64,000 nt of DNA from Thermofilaceae archaeon (lineage in GTDB: Archaea > Thermoproteota > Thermoprotei > Thermofilales > Thermofilaceae): positions 160,001 to 224,000 of the forward strand of contig JAWCCZ010000003.1 of assembly GCA_038861545.1 (NCBI GenBank). Reading direction: 5' to 3'. Below, piece after piece: positions 51,860 to 62,711 of the stretch; the first letter of the stretch is position 1, and the number at the start of each line of letters is the position of its first letter. Below the pieces are notes generated by a model. It had not been told where the DNA came from, did not search any database, and saw only the letters and a program-made list of their open reading frames with translations. A program made the translations under genes and the position numbers.

Positions 51860-52100
51860 ATTTTCTATTTAATTTTCCTAGTTTTATGGGAGTTTATTGC
51901 TTTCCTCTTTTCCCCAACTCATCATATACAGTTTTTAAGCTGAGGTATCGCAAAACTCGACAAGTATAAACGAGACCTATCGATTGGTTAACTAGCTATG
52001 GAATGCGGTGCGATAGAGGTTCTTGCTGCTAGCGGGCTGTATTAATACGAGTGTCCGGATGTCAATGTTTAAATATCTTAATTCCTAGCTTTAGGAGCGC

Positions 52101-52350
52101 TTGGGCTTGAAGAAGAAGTTTCCAAAGCTTTTGAGGGGTAAGGAGGAATCCCGGTATACGATAGCTGGTTTACTCGGCTTTGAGGGGACTCTGAAGAAAA
52201 CGAATCGGCGGGAGAGACAGATCGCTGGGGTCTGCAAGGAAGTGTTCGAGGTTTTCGAAAGGCTTGATGAAGCTCTAGCTAGATTAGCAGAGGCAGTAGC
52301 TAGGTATGAGGAAACCCTTCGGAGGCTCAAAAGATACTTCGCTATGTACG
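52101..52350 (+). pseudogene. Second degenerate paREP15/DUF3782-like coiled-coil N-terminus
   Basis: MGLKKKFPKLLRGKEESRYTIAGLLG resembles 30251 N-terminus; heptad remnant LDEALARLAEAVARYEETLRRL; TTTAAATA upstream. Confidence 0.55.
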
Positions 52351-52568
52351 AGGGAGTAGCCTTCACAGATTCTTTCGATTCCGTAGCCAGGAGAGATTCA
52401 AGCTACTGTGGTTTCAGCACAGTCGACGTTCTAGCATGGTCTAAATGTAGCCGGGGCTCAACTTTTTTGCTTAAACTGGTTGGAAAGAGGCCAAGGAAAT
52501 CTAGGAGGACCAAAAATGAGGGTTATAAGAGCATAGGAAATCTAAGGTTAGAGCAAATAAATAAAATA

Positions 52569-54201
52569 ATGTTACTCTTCTCTATTCCTATAGCAATTAT
52601 AGTAGTACCACCAACTTTCACGCAGCCCGAACTCGTTATTACTCTAGACCGTGGCATATACGAGTTAGGCAACACAGTCACCGCGACCATAATTGGGCCG
52701 CCTAATGCTGAGCTTCAACTAGAGCTCAGAGGTCCAGGAGGTGTATTAGTCGCTTTCAGGCCGGTAACGCTCAACTCTGAAGGCAGAGCTGTTTTAACGT
52801 TCACTCTAGGTCTCAAGTGGCTCACTGGCACATACATGATCCATGTGTTCGATACAAGAGCCATGGCCAGCGCTACTTTCGAGGTTGTCGAAAGAGTGGC
52901 TCCCTTAATTCTCTTAGCACCACCAGGTCAAGTAAAGGCTGGGAGGTCGACAGAGGTCCTATGCTTCATCTATCCTGGATTGGAGACTGAGGTTTCCGTG
53001 TATATTAGACCATTGGGAGATAAATGGAGGCTGCTGGGCTTGTACACGTCAAACGAGACTGGCTGGCTTGTCGTGTCTCTCCCTCAGCTAAATGAGGGTG
53101 TCTACGAGATTAGAGTTATGACTCATGAGACTTCCGAGTGCGATTCAGCATCAGCAACTACGCAGTTCAGCGTAACTGGCATTCAATCCCAGTGGAGGGT
53201 TGAAGCTCCACCAGTGGAGCAGCTTGGAGAAGCAATCTTCTTAGTATGCCAGGGCTGCGACGCTGTTGTAGCTAGGACTGCGATTGGCGATAGGCTATAC
53301 CCGTGCGGCGCGCGGGTGATATTGGACGTGCCTGGACCTTGGTTTCTCTACCCGGCGAGCGGAGGAGCATTGGGTACACCAACGATCATGCTAGTAAAGG
53401 CCAGACTGAACGTGACGTTAATGGGACCGAGTGAAGTCAGCATCAATGAAAGCTTTCCGCTTTGGGCAGTACTTGACCCTCCAGCGCCAGCCGTTAAGAT
53501 AAATTTTGTGGACTCCCGTGGCACAGTGATAGCAGAAACGCGATCTCGGAAGGACGGAATAGCGCTAGCAGTTCTCCGGTTCAACAGTCTCGGCGAAGAG
53601 AAGGTTAGAGCCATTCCAGAGCCTACTAGCATCTTTGAAGTGGACGAGTCGAAACCGCTAAGCATCAGAGTTCTACGCGAGTGGGTTAGTGTACGCCTTA
53701 AGGTACTCGACGCGAAGGAGAGACTATTGCCTGGCTCTGTCGTGGAGGTAGCAGATGCTAGTTATAAAGCCTGGAACGGCACGGCTTTAGTAAGAGCGAG
53801 GGCAGGTTTCTACGACGTGAGGGTTTTCTGGCGTGGAGTAGTAGTGTTCAGCAATAGGCTGATGCTGGGGGAAGGTGATCTAGTAATCAATACGCAAGTG
53901 TATGACCTTGAGGTGAGCGTAAATAGCTTCCTTGGAATCCCGGTCGCCGGCGAGCTAGTAGAGTTATTCAACGGTACTCAGCGAGTAGCAGCTGGTGTTA
54001 CCGATAAAGGTGGACGGTTAACTCTATATAGGGTGCCCGCTGGAGCATTTCACAGTGCTGCCTTCCTCAATAGCTCCGCTAACGGTCTCCGTTGCTGTTA
54101 CAGCGCTCACTGCTCTTTGTGCCCGTCGTTACATTCGGGTAAAGGTGCTGAAGCTGGAGGGCGGAGTAGATCGAGACTCTGTTAATCCTCTACCACCCTG
54201 A
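52569..54201 (+). pseudogene. Multi-Ig-like surface protein (paralog 2), +1 frameshift before C-terminal anchor
   Basis: Aligns with 31209-32966 (LAPPG, FIYPGL, SNETGW, CxxC, PGPWF, ALGTP); hydrophobic tail lies in +1 frame after about 54049; start uncertain. Confidence 0.7.
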
Positions 54202-54598
54202 AACTAGAGGTTGCTATCACATCGCCCCTCCACTGAACGGCAATCAGGTATAAGCCAGGTACCGCGTTACTCAAATTGAATGTTACTTGTGCGCACTCCT
54301 CTTCCAGAGTGATTGCAGAGATGGAGAGGGTTTCTCCGCTCAGGGCGATAATCTCAACCTTGACTTTTTTAAGTACCAACCACTCGTTCCTGCATACATT
54401 CAAGATCGCGATGCTACCTATCGCGTACTCCTCAGTATCAGGCTTCACTGTGATAAGAGGGGCACGTAATAGTTTCCCTAGGCTAATCACTACACTGTCG
54501 AGGCTGAGAACCAACCAGCACAACGAGATAACAAGGAATGTTAGAGCTAAGAGGAAGCGTCGATCTACTTCCACCTCAACTACATTTTCTTTGCCCAT
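54182..54598 (-). CDS. Small N-anchored Ig-like protein (paralog 2), inverted relative to paralog 1
   Basis: ENVVEVEV then TM, DTEEYAIG, PGLYLIAV, VIATSSFRV. Confidence 0.75.
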   Translation of the reverse strand: MGKENVVEVEVDRRFLLALTFLVISLCWLVLSLDSVVISLGKLLRAPLITVKPDTEEYAIGSIAILNVCRNEWLVLKKVKVEIIALSGETLSISAITLEEECAQVTFNLSNAVPGLYLIAVQWRGDVIATSSFRVVED

Positions 54599-54604
54599 TC
54601 CAGT

Positions 54605-54654
54605 TGCTTAACTTAGCATGGACATAAACGTTTATGTCCATGCTAAGTTAAGCA
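54605..54654. repeat. Perfect 50-bp palindrome with no spacer
   Basis: tgcttaacttagcatggacataaac|gtttatgtccatgctaagttaagca. Confidence 0.95.
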
Positions 54655-54740
54655 CACGCAGATATTTTTTTAGACGTGATCTATCCGTATACTATGGCCT
54701 CTCCGGCACCGTATATGTCCTCGAATATTTTTAAGGGTGA

Positions 54741-57308
54741 ATGCTTATGCAGAGTATTCTAGCTGAGAAAGGCAAATCACTGGCGCTGTCTGTTGGACTC
54801 ATTTGTATCGCTTTAACCGCTAGAGGTAGCCCTTACAGCGTACCCCTGACCTTCATTGGCTTCGTGCTGTTCCCGTCTCACCTCCTAGCGAAATCCCTAG
54901 CTAAGGCAGCTAGGCTGGAGGCTACTGAAGCCAGCATAGTTTCCTCTACACTACTTCTGCTGGTTTTCTCAAGTGTGCCACTCGCATGCAAGGCTTTATC
55001 GCTACCTGAGCTAGCACCTTTTGTCGCAATGACTGTAATTGTGCTGGCTATAACTGCTCTCTGTGGTTTGAAAAGTGAGCGATCACCTGTGGACATGATG
55101 TTCTTACTCGCAGTGTGTGCAATGCTCATAGCTTTCACTGCATACGCTCCTATCGAAAGAACTTACAGCCCTGACGAAACTCTCTATATTCGCTCTGTCC
55201 AACTAACTGAGAGCTACGGCGTGGTGGTGGCAATTATAGGAGCGCGCAGCACTCCACAGCCCTTGCTGGTGGACGTCATTGAAAAGTACCTTTGGGGCAG
55301 GTTTCTCTGGACCAGTTTTCTCTACGCGGTGAGAATTCTTTCCGGGGTATCTCACGCGAGCTTGCATCTATCATCGCTTCTCTTCCTTTCTTTTCTCGCC
55401 TACGCTGTCAAGGGGTTGCTGAGCGACGTACTTAGGATACACCAAGCCAGCTATGTATTGCTCGCTGTACTTCTAACCATACTTCTACCAGCTTCTCTAC
55501 CTTGGAGTGTAACTGCGTTTCTCGATCTTGCCCAGGCCTACTTTTTCCTGTCTTCCGCCGTCTTTCTCCTCAACTCAATCAACCTAAGCAATGGAGTACT
55601 GGACTTTGATCTAACTAAGGCTTTCATCTCCACGGTGATTCTGTTGCTGAGCGCAACCCTCAAACCCAACTTGGTGTTCAACGCTTTTCTTATCTTGCTC
55701 ACTGCAGTGGTGCTCATTTGGAGCTCAAAAAAGTATAAGCTCACCCACAATGCAAGAATAGCTCTCCATCTCTCGAAGATCACTATCCTGATCACTTTGG
55801 CATACATGGCGATAGATTTTATGTACTCCTACAGCGCCTTAGCCTTAGCTGACTATAACCTGGCAAGCTTCTTCAGAGGCCTCCTGATTCTACCATTCTC
55901 CACAACGGCATACCTCCTGAAACCTCTCCTGCAGTACCTTGGGAGTCCTAAGCCTTCCTTTACCCCCGATTCCCTAAAGAACTGGATTTATGACTTAACG
56001 TGCGTGCTGACACCTGAAGCTGTGGGCCTGCCAGCTAGCGCTCTACTGCCCACAGCATTCTTGCCGCTCTTACCTTGGCTCAAGGGTATGGATGAACTTC
56101 AGAGAATGAAAATCAAGGTCTTGGCAGTGGCTGTTTCTCTTTCCTTCTGGACATACTTCTTTTTACTCAGAACCTCTAGGCTTCTAATGGAAGTGAATAG
56201 GTATGGCATCTCTCTTTACGTGATTGCGGCGGCTCTCTCCTTTTATATGGTTCATCGGTTGGACGAGATGGGATGGAGGCACGAGCTGACGATGACATTC
56301 CTTTTGCTTTCCGCGTGTCCGCTCTTCCTAAAGAGTTGGTCTATAGTGGAGTACGGGGCGACTGAGCCTTATTACGGCATCCCCAGGCATAAGGCTTCTG
56401 TGGTAATCCTATTTTTAGAGTACCTTGCGCTGCTGGCAGCGATGCTTCCTGCCTCCCTCATGCAGAGACATTTACGAGTAAGGCTAAGGGTTGACGCAGA
56501 GAGAGCTACCCTAGTCGAGGAATTTTCGGCACATATTGTAGTACTGACTCTCTTTCCCTTCATCATCATGTACAATTCCTTAATAGTTGAAGAGTCGTGG
56601 CTTCTCTTCTATGGGAGCCCGCTTGCGGAGATTACCTCGATTATTGAGAGCATCTTGGACGGCAGAACAACAATAATAGTGTCAAATTTCCACCTATGGC
56701 TGCAGATACGCCTCGGTGATAGGTTCACTCTCGTAGCTGCGCCTCAGAGCGAACAGGAGCTAAAGGCATTTATTAGCGCCATACCATCAGGCTCCCTTAT
56801 CGCGCTGACCGACGATCCCTATTTCATACGGTTTGGAACTGAGTATATGAAAGAGTACACCTATAACCCCTCTTTTCACTTAGAGAAGCTCACTGCACTC
56901 GACTGGCTTGGGTCGCACTACATCTTGTTCAGAAAGGTCAACGGAAGCTCAACCCTCGGCGGACACATCGAAGTCTTGGAGGCGGGGCTTGGGGCAAATG
57001 GAACTTGCGTGATCCGTGTGAATAGCAGCGAGCCGGGCCAAGTAATACTTAGCTCTTGGTTCATCTCTTTTCTCGTAAATATAACCCCTGCAAAGGAAAT
57101 AGTGATCACTAGGAATCATCCTATAACTCATGCCGTCCTAGCACCCTATATCTGCCGGCTCTCTGAGATAGTAAGTCTTAAAAGCTCCGAGCCTTTTGGG
57201 AGGAGCCTACTCGATACTCGACATGCTTTAATCTTTCTCATTAGTCTACTTGCTATCGTAGCTATCTCCCTGGCGTGTAGGAGATTAATAGAAGTTCAGA
57301 TGAGTTGA
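54741..57308 (+). CDS. Polytopic membrane protein, putative GT-C (GT39/GT83-like) glycosyltransferase
   Basis: Loop SPDETLY (DE motif), TLKPN, NRY, many TM segments, C-terminal extracellular domain and TM. Confidence 0.62.
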   Translation: MLMQSILAEKGKSLALSVGLICIALTARGSPYSVPLTFIGFVLFPSHLLAKSLAKAARLEATEASIVSSTLLLLVFSSVPLACKALSLPELAPFVAMTVIVLAITALCGLKSERSPVDMMFLLAVCAMLIAFTAYAPIERTYSPDETLYIRSVQLTESYGVVVAIIGARSTPQPLLVDVIEKYLWGRFLWTSFLYAVRILSGVSHASLHLSSLLFLSFLAYAVKGLLSDVLRIHQASYVLLAVLLTILLPASLPWSVTAFLDLAQAYFFLSSAVFLLNSINLSNGVLDFDLTKAFISTVILLLSATLKPNLVFNAFLILLTAVVLIWSSKKYKLTHNARIALHLSKITILITLAYMAIDFMYSYSALALADYNLASFFRGLLILPFSTTAYLLKPLLQYLGSPKPSFTPDSLKNWIYDLTCVLTPEAVGLPASALLPTAFLPLLPWLKGMDELQRMKIKVLAVAVSLSFWTYFFLLRTSRLLMEVNRYGISLYVIAAALSFYMVHRLDEMGWRHELTMTFLLLSACPLFLKSWSIVEYGATEPYYGIPRHKASVVILFLEYLALLAAMLPASLMQRHLRVRLRVDAERATLVEEFSAHIVVLTLFPFIIMYNSLIVEESWLLFYGSPLAEITSIIESILDGRTTIIVSNFHLWLQIRLGDRFTLVAAPQSEQELKAFISAIPSGSLIALTDDPYFIRFGTEYMKEYTYNPSFHLEKLTALDWLGSHYILFRKVNGSSTLGGHIEVLEAGLGANGTCVIRVNSSEPGQVILSSWFISFLVNITPAKEIVITRNHPITHAVLAPYICRLSEIVSLKSSEPFGRSLLDTRHALIFLISLLAIVAISLACRRLIEVQMS

Positions 57309-57732
57309 GGAAAATAATTGTGAACAGCATAGCGTTCTCGCCCAGTCAAGATAAGCACGCAAGTAGCATAAGAACTTGGAACCGTTATACTAGCCTTCGA
57401 AGTTGTAGAATAACTGGAAAGGGGTGCTGCAGCTGTATCTACGGTTGCTGGCTGGCGAAAGAATTGAAGAATAAGTGGTGCAGTATATTCGATAGGCTGA
57501 GAAGCTTAAAACATAAAGGTGAATATCAATGGAGTTATGGTCTCGAGCAGCATTATCAATAACTCCTTGTCTAAATAGAAGGAGCTAGAGGCTTTTTCCT
57601 TATAAATTTCAATTAGTCTAGGATAGGTACAATTTTTTATAAACTTGGAAAAGTTATATAGGCTTAACATTAATAGGAGATTGAATATTATAGTACAGCA
57701 GGTTTGCGATTAGAGTAGATGAAGGTGAGGCG

Positions 57733-58842
57733 ATGTTAAGAATAGCTTTCGTACTGGCCAATCCAATGTACCCGGATGTTGTTGGTGGAGCTGAAATCTT
57801 CACTTACACGATGGCGTATACCTTCGCAAAGAAAGGAATTGAAGCTCACGTGGTAGCCTTTGGTGGAAGTAAATTTAAAAGCTTTAGAAGTGGAAATCTT
57901 CACTGGCATGCTGTAAGGATTAATCTAAAAAGGTTGAGAACAATTATTTTTACTATAAAAATTATAAAAATTTTATTCAAAATTAAACCTGATGTATGTC
58001 TGGCTATTATGGGGCAATCTTCAATACCTTGTCTAGTATACTCCAGGCTAACTGGTAAACCAACTTTTATCAGGCTGGCCGGGGGCGAATTTGCAGCAGC
58101 TTTCAAGGATATTAGGATATACAATTTATCAAGAAGAATTTATAATAAATTAATTATAAAAATTCTTAAAAATTACTATATAATAGCATTAAATAAAGAA
58201 GTTTTCGAAGTTTTACGTAAAATAAGTAAGCATACTTATTTGATACCAAATCCAATAGATAATATATTTTTTCAAGCGAATCCCGATATAACTGGCTACA
58301 CAGTTATTTACGTTGGGGCATTTAGAAATGACAAGAACCTCCTTCTCTTAATTGAAGCTTTCAATGAAGTTACGAAGGAAGTTCCTGAGGCCAACCTGAT
58401 CTTGGTAGGAGACGGGCCTCTAAGACCTGTGGTAGAGCAGAAAATCAAGGAGTACAATTTAGTAGATAAAGTAATCATTACAGGCTTCCTACCTTATGTT
58501 AAGATCCCGGGTTTTCTAAGAAAAGCCACCGTGTTTGTGCTCCCCTCATACGTTGAGGGGTTATCTAACGCGCTACTGCAGGCTATGGCGGCGGGCTTGC
58601 CCTGCGTGGCATCGGACATTCCAGGCAATAGGGATATAATAGTTGACGGTTACAATGGCTTTCTCTGTGCGCCTGATGATAAGAAAGCCTTTGCAATTGC
58701 AATAGCTAAAATACTTAAGGATAAAGGAATGGCTCAACAGATGAGTTGTAATGCAAGAAACAGTGTTAGAATGCTGACTATGGATAACGTTATGAAAATG
58801 TACTTAAGCATTTTCCTAGATGCGCTAAGAGGTGAAGCATAG
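57733..58842 (+). CDS. GT4 glycosyltransferase
   Basis: GGAE, IPNPID, VGDGP, EGLSNALLQAMAAGLP. Confidence 0.9.
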   Translation: MLRIAFVLANPMYPDVVGGAEIFTYTMAYTFAKKGIEAHVVAFGGSKFKSFRSGNLHWHAVRINLKRLRTIIFTIKIIKILFKIKPDVCLAIMGQSSIPCLVYSRLTGKPTFIRLAGGEFAAAFKDIRIYNLSRRIYNKLIIKILKNYYIIALNKEVFEVLRKISKHTYLIPNPIDNIFFQANPDITGYTVIYVGAFRNDKNLLLLIEAFNEVTKEVPEANLILVGDGPLRPVVEQKIKEYNLVDKVIITGFLPYVKIPGFLRKATVFVLPSYVEGLSNALLQAMAAGLPCVASDIPGNRDIIVDGYNGFLCAPDDKKAFAIAIAKILKDKGMAQQMSCNARNSVRMLTMDNVMKMYLSIFLDALRGEA

Positions 58843-60639
58843 TGCCTGGCGTATTTGGGGCTATCTGTAATAACAGTAGGTTAGCCGAAGATTTTACTGA
58901 AATAATTGATACAACCCGAGGCAATAGAGTTATAACTTTTAATAACGGGAAGATAGTCGTTGGTTTTCAAAATTTTTACAACGGTGGGAGCAATACCATA
59001 TCTATAGAATCTAATTCCTCTCTGCTTATTTACCATGGTAGCATTGCATTAGATAATAATTGTTTAGAGCATTTTTTTAAAAATATACTCATCAGATGGA
59101 GAAGAAGGGCTTCTAGGCTACATGGCTACATCACTGCATAGCGATTACGCCGTCGTGATTTTTGATAAAGTAAGAGATAGCGTGTTTATTAAAACAGATC
59201 CTATCGGGATAAGGAAAATCTATTACGCCAATATTTTTAGAAATTTCATATTTTCATCCTCCCTGAGTCAAATAACAAAGGCATTAAAGAATCTCCTAGG
59301 AATAAAACCATCCGACATTCTCGACCCTAAGAATCTGTACGCTTTGCTAGCTAACGGCTACATCGATTTCCCAAGGACTTTGATGAAGAACATTTTTACC
59401 ATTTCTCCCGGTTTTTTCGTAAAGGTTAGAAAGAGTGGTAGCGTGGCAGTTACTCGCGCAGACGAGCTTGATTATAGAGCAAGTAGCCACGCCTTTTCCA
59501 ATAGGTATGCTGCTGTCATCGAAGAGACCCACTCGCTTCTGAATGAAGCAGTAAATTGGTACACGAAAAATGTTGATAGGGTTTCTTTCCTTCTTAGTGG
59601 AGGCATCGACAGCAGTTTACTGGCTTCAATGTCCACCAAGAAGGGGATAAATATAGAGGCATATACTGTACGGTATGATGCCTATTCGGAGGTGGAGAAA
59701 ATAATTGGATTAAAAAACTTTATAAATTTGAGCAAACTAAATATCATGGACTTAACCTCTGCAATAGATCATGGTTCAATTATCAATGATTTTTCAAATG
59801 CTGTTAAGTTACTAGACGAGCCAAATTTGAAAGGGGCATTCCTACTCAGATATAATGCTTTGAATGAAATTCTAAAGAGGAAGGGGTCTAAAGTTGTCAT
59901 TGTCGGTGATGGAGCTGATGAAATCTTCTGTGGGTACTGGCCCCGCTACTGGTTTTTCATGGAAATGCCGCTACTAAAGACTCCCTTGAAGTTACCTAAC
60001 AAGCTACTACGATTTCTTGGGGGTCTAGCTCTAAGGGGATCTCTTCCTAATTACCTTGCTATGATGTACTTCTGTAAGCGAGGCGACCTGAAGAACATTG
60101 TAACAGCGCGGTTCTCAGTTGATTCAAGGTTTCTTTTAGCTATTAATGATGTCTCCGCTGAGAAAAACTGCCTGAGAGATGACTTAGTAAACTATATTTC
60201 GGTTGGTCTTTTGAGGTCTCTAACTAAGACTGATGTGTTGACACTTGAAAACATGGCAGAAAGACTCAGGGTAAATATCAGGTTTCCTTATTTGTATATT
60301 CCCCTCGTAAAATACGTCATGAACATACCATCCAAATATAAAGTTACCCGGAATAACACTAAACTTATACTGAAGGCGATAGCACTCAAATATAATTACT
60401 TGCCGGCCCGTATATTGTTCGCCCCTAAGGAAGGTTTTAACCAGAGTCCACTGAATACTATCTTGGGAGAATTATTAATCGAAGAATTTAATAACTTATT
60501 GAAAGGGATTGATGATGAGAGGTTCAAAGAGCTTTTTGTGAGAATTTATAGAAGCTTAGATAAGAAGAGAGCAGCATCCGTTATTCAATTCACAGGGGCT
60601 CTTCTCTGGTTTCGAGAGAATTTGCTAGGTTGTGATTGA
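58842..60639 (+). pseudogene. Asparagine synthetase B-like amidotransferase split by +1 frameshift
   Basis: Ntn-like N domain (MPGVFG, DPIGIRKIYY), LSGGIDSS, GDGADEIFCGY, RFPYL; frameshift at T7A5 run 59072-59083. Confidence 0.8.
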
Positions 60640-60734
60640 CCCGGAGTAGAAAGATTCATTGAGAGCGCAAGTTGAGCATAAAAGGTAACAAGTAACGTAT
60701 ATTTACTCACTCTTTCGCACATATGTGAGAAGCT

Positions 60735-61735
60735 ATGGTTACAGTTGCTATTGTTGGTGGCGCCGTTTTCATTGGATCATGGATAGCACGCCGGATGCTG
60801 AACGAGTTCAGAGTTAAGGTTGTGGATATCGCAGAACCAAGGGTCAAAGGTGTTGAGTTCTGCTGTGCTGATGTGAGATTCTCGGAAGATGTTGTAAAAG
60901 CCCTTAAGGGAGTCGACATAGCAATCCATACATCAATTGTGCAGATCCCTAAGATTAACGATGAAAGGAGGTTAGGCTACGAAGTTAACGTTGTGGGCAC
61001 TCAAAACATCTGCGAGTATATTGCCAGCGATCCAAATGTAAAGGGCTTAATTCTAGCCGGCTCATGGCATGTCATAGGAGAGTCCGGTTTAAGCGGAGTA
61101 GTTGATGAAGCGTTTGGTTATAGGCCAGACCGTGTGGAGGATCGAGCTAGACTCTACGTCCTCTCGAAAATCGCTCAGGAGCTCATAGTTCGTTACTATG
61201 ATGAAATGATTGATAAAGTCTTTGGTGTGATTAGGCTTGGAACAGTCCTAGGTAAGGGGATGCCGAAGAATACAGCTGCTAATATTTTCATCGAGAAGGG
61301 CTTGAGGGGTGAGCCGATCACTCCATTTAAGCATAGCATGTATAGGCCGATGTTGTACGTTGATGTGAGGGATGTTGCTGAAGCTTTCTATAGGTATACG
61401 CTGAAGATACTCTCTGGCAACGTAGGAAAGGGGAAGAGTAGCCTGTCACATGTCATAAACCTATTTTACCCGAGCCGATAACGATTCTGGAACTGGCTCA
61501 AATAGTTAGAGAAGTCATTATAGAGCTCAGTAACGGTAAAGTTAAGCCGGAGATTCAGGTTGTTGACCAGAGTATTCCGCCGATTTTCACCGAAGATTCA
61601 AAGAAACTGTTTAAGGTGAGCATCTCAAAGGCTAAAGAGTTTTTAGGTCTTGAAAAGTTATTGAATCCAAGGGAATCAATAACAGAATTGGTTAAGATGG
61701 AATACATGGAGTATAGTAATAAGGTTTTAACTTAA
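60735..61735 (+). pseudogene. NAD-dependent epimerase/dehydratase, frameshifted
   Basis: GGAVFIG, YVLSK, RLGTV; reading continues EPITILELAQ...VLT* in another frame after about 61470. Confidence 0.78.
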
Positions 61736-61961
61736 TGTAGCAGTAAAACGAAAATATTTTTCTTAAGATTTTTTACTTCAGGCTCTTTTCCATAAACTAC
61801 TGTTAAGTATGGGAAGCAGAGGAGTCACAAACTTCAAGCGTATGTAAGTATAATCACTACTCATATACAAGAATGTCCGGCATTACTACAGAGAAGATAT
61901 CTAGAGGGTTAAATTAGTCATGCATATAGTACACATAATTTTATGGAAACTCTTCTATATA

Positions 61962-62711
61962 CTAGCCCAGAAGGAATCCCTTATACATTTCAATGTACTG
62001 TTGAAGTAATTCGGGGAGCTCCTTAAATCGGTGCTTTTCTAGCAGGAACCACAGAATATTACGGAGGTGTAACTGAGCTCTAAGAAGAAAGCGTATGTCG
62101 TGATTGCGCCGCATATCGGCTCCCCATCTCCTAAATGCGTCAAATTTTTCAGACCTGTCATGGTAGGCCAAATACGCGAGTAGGGGCACCACATAGTAAC
62201 CCTTTTCCCTAACGAAACATGCATAGACTTTATCTTCTCCCACGTGAGTGCTGAGGAGTTGCCTACATTGGAGCAGTAGATCTCTGGGTACAATAGTATT
62301 GCTAAACGCAGCGAAGCTGAATCTTTTATTTCTCCACTCATCGTATGCGCTATACCGTGGGCCGTCTAATGCTGCCATCACCATACCGATAGTTTTTACT
62401 GCGAACCTTTTCATTATATTCCACCAATTGGGATATAGGTAGACGTCGCTGTCCACGTACACAATCCACTCTGTTTCGGCAAGCTCAGCTAATTTGTAGC
62501 GAATCCTCCCGATCATGTTGTCTCTGCCTGTAAAGAGGTATGTTTCCGCTCCATGCTTTTCTGCAATTTTAAGCGTAGAATCTGTGCTCCCTCCATCGCC
62601 TACAAGAATTCTGTTTATTGGCAGTGCATGCTTGATGCAATGCAGGCAGCGATTCAGCGTCCTGGCACTATTGTACGTAACTATTAGTACATCAACTTTA
62701 GAGGCCGCCAT
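61962..62711 (-). CDS. GT2 glycosyltransferase (soluble, no TM)
   Basis: IVTYNS, DGGSTDST, VDSDV, GED. Confidence 0.85.
   Translation of the reverse strand: MAASKVDVLIVTYNSARTLNRCLHCIKHALPINRILVGDGGSTDSTLKIAEKHGAETYLFTGRDNMIGRIRYKLAELAETEWIVYVDSDVYLYPNWWNIMKRFAVKTIGMVMAALDGPRYSAYDEWRNKRFSFAAFSNTIVPRDLLLQCRQLLSTHVGEDKVYACFVREKGYYVVPLLAYLAYHDRSEKFDAFRRWGADMRRNHDIRFLLRAQLHLRNILWFLLEKHRFKELPELLQQYIEMYKGFLLG

Noticed and set aside
52101-54185. 694-aa ORF as a genuine coiled-coil/surface-protein fusion
   Set aside because: The first 156 codons are a degenerate remnant plus intergenic-like sequence. Similarity to paralog 1 begins near 52569 with a signal-like stretch, so this is likely chance read-through.
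54605-54654. Protelomerase (hairpin telomere) target site
   Set aside because: The size is similar, but no protelomerase or viral gene is present in the window; kept only as an unexplained palindrome.
57305-57562. 85-aa ORF or possible flippase remnant on the opposite strand
   Set aside because: No recognisable motif in any frame.
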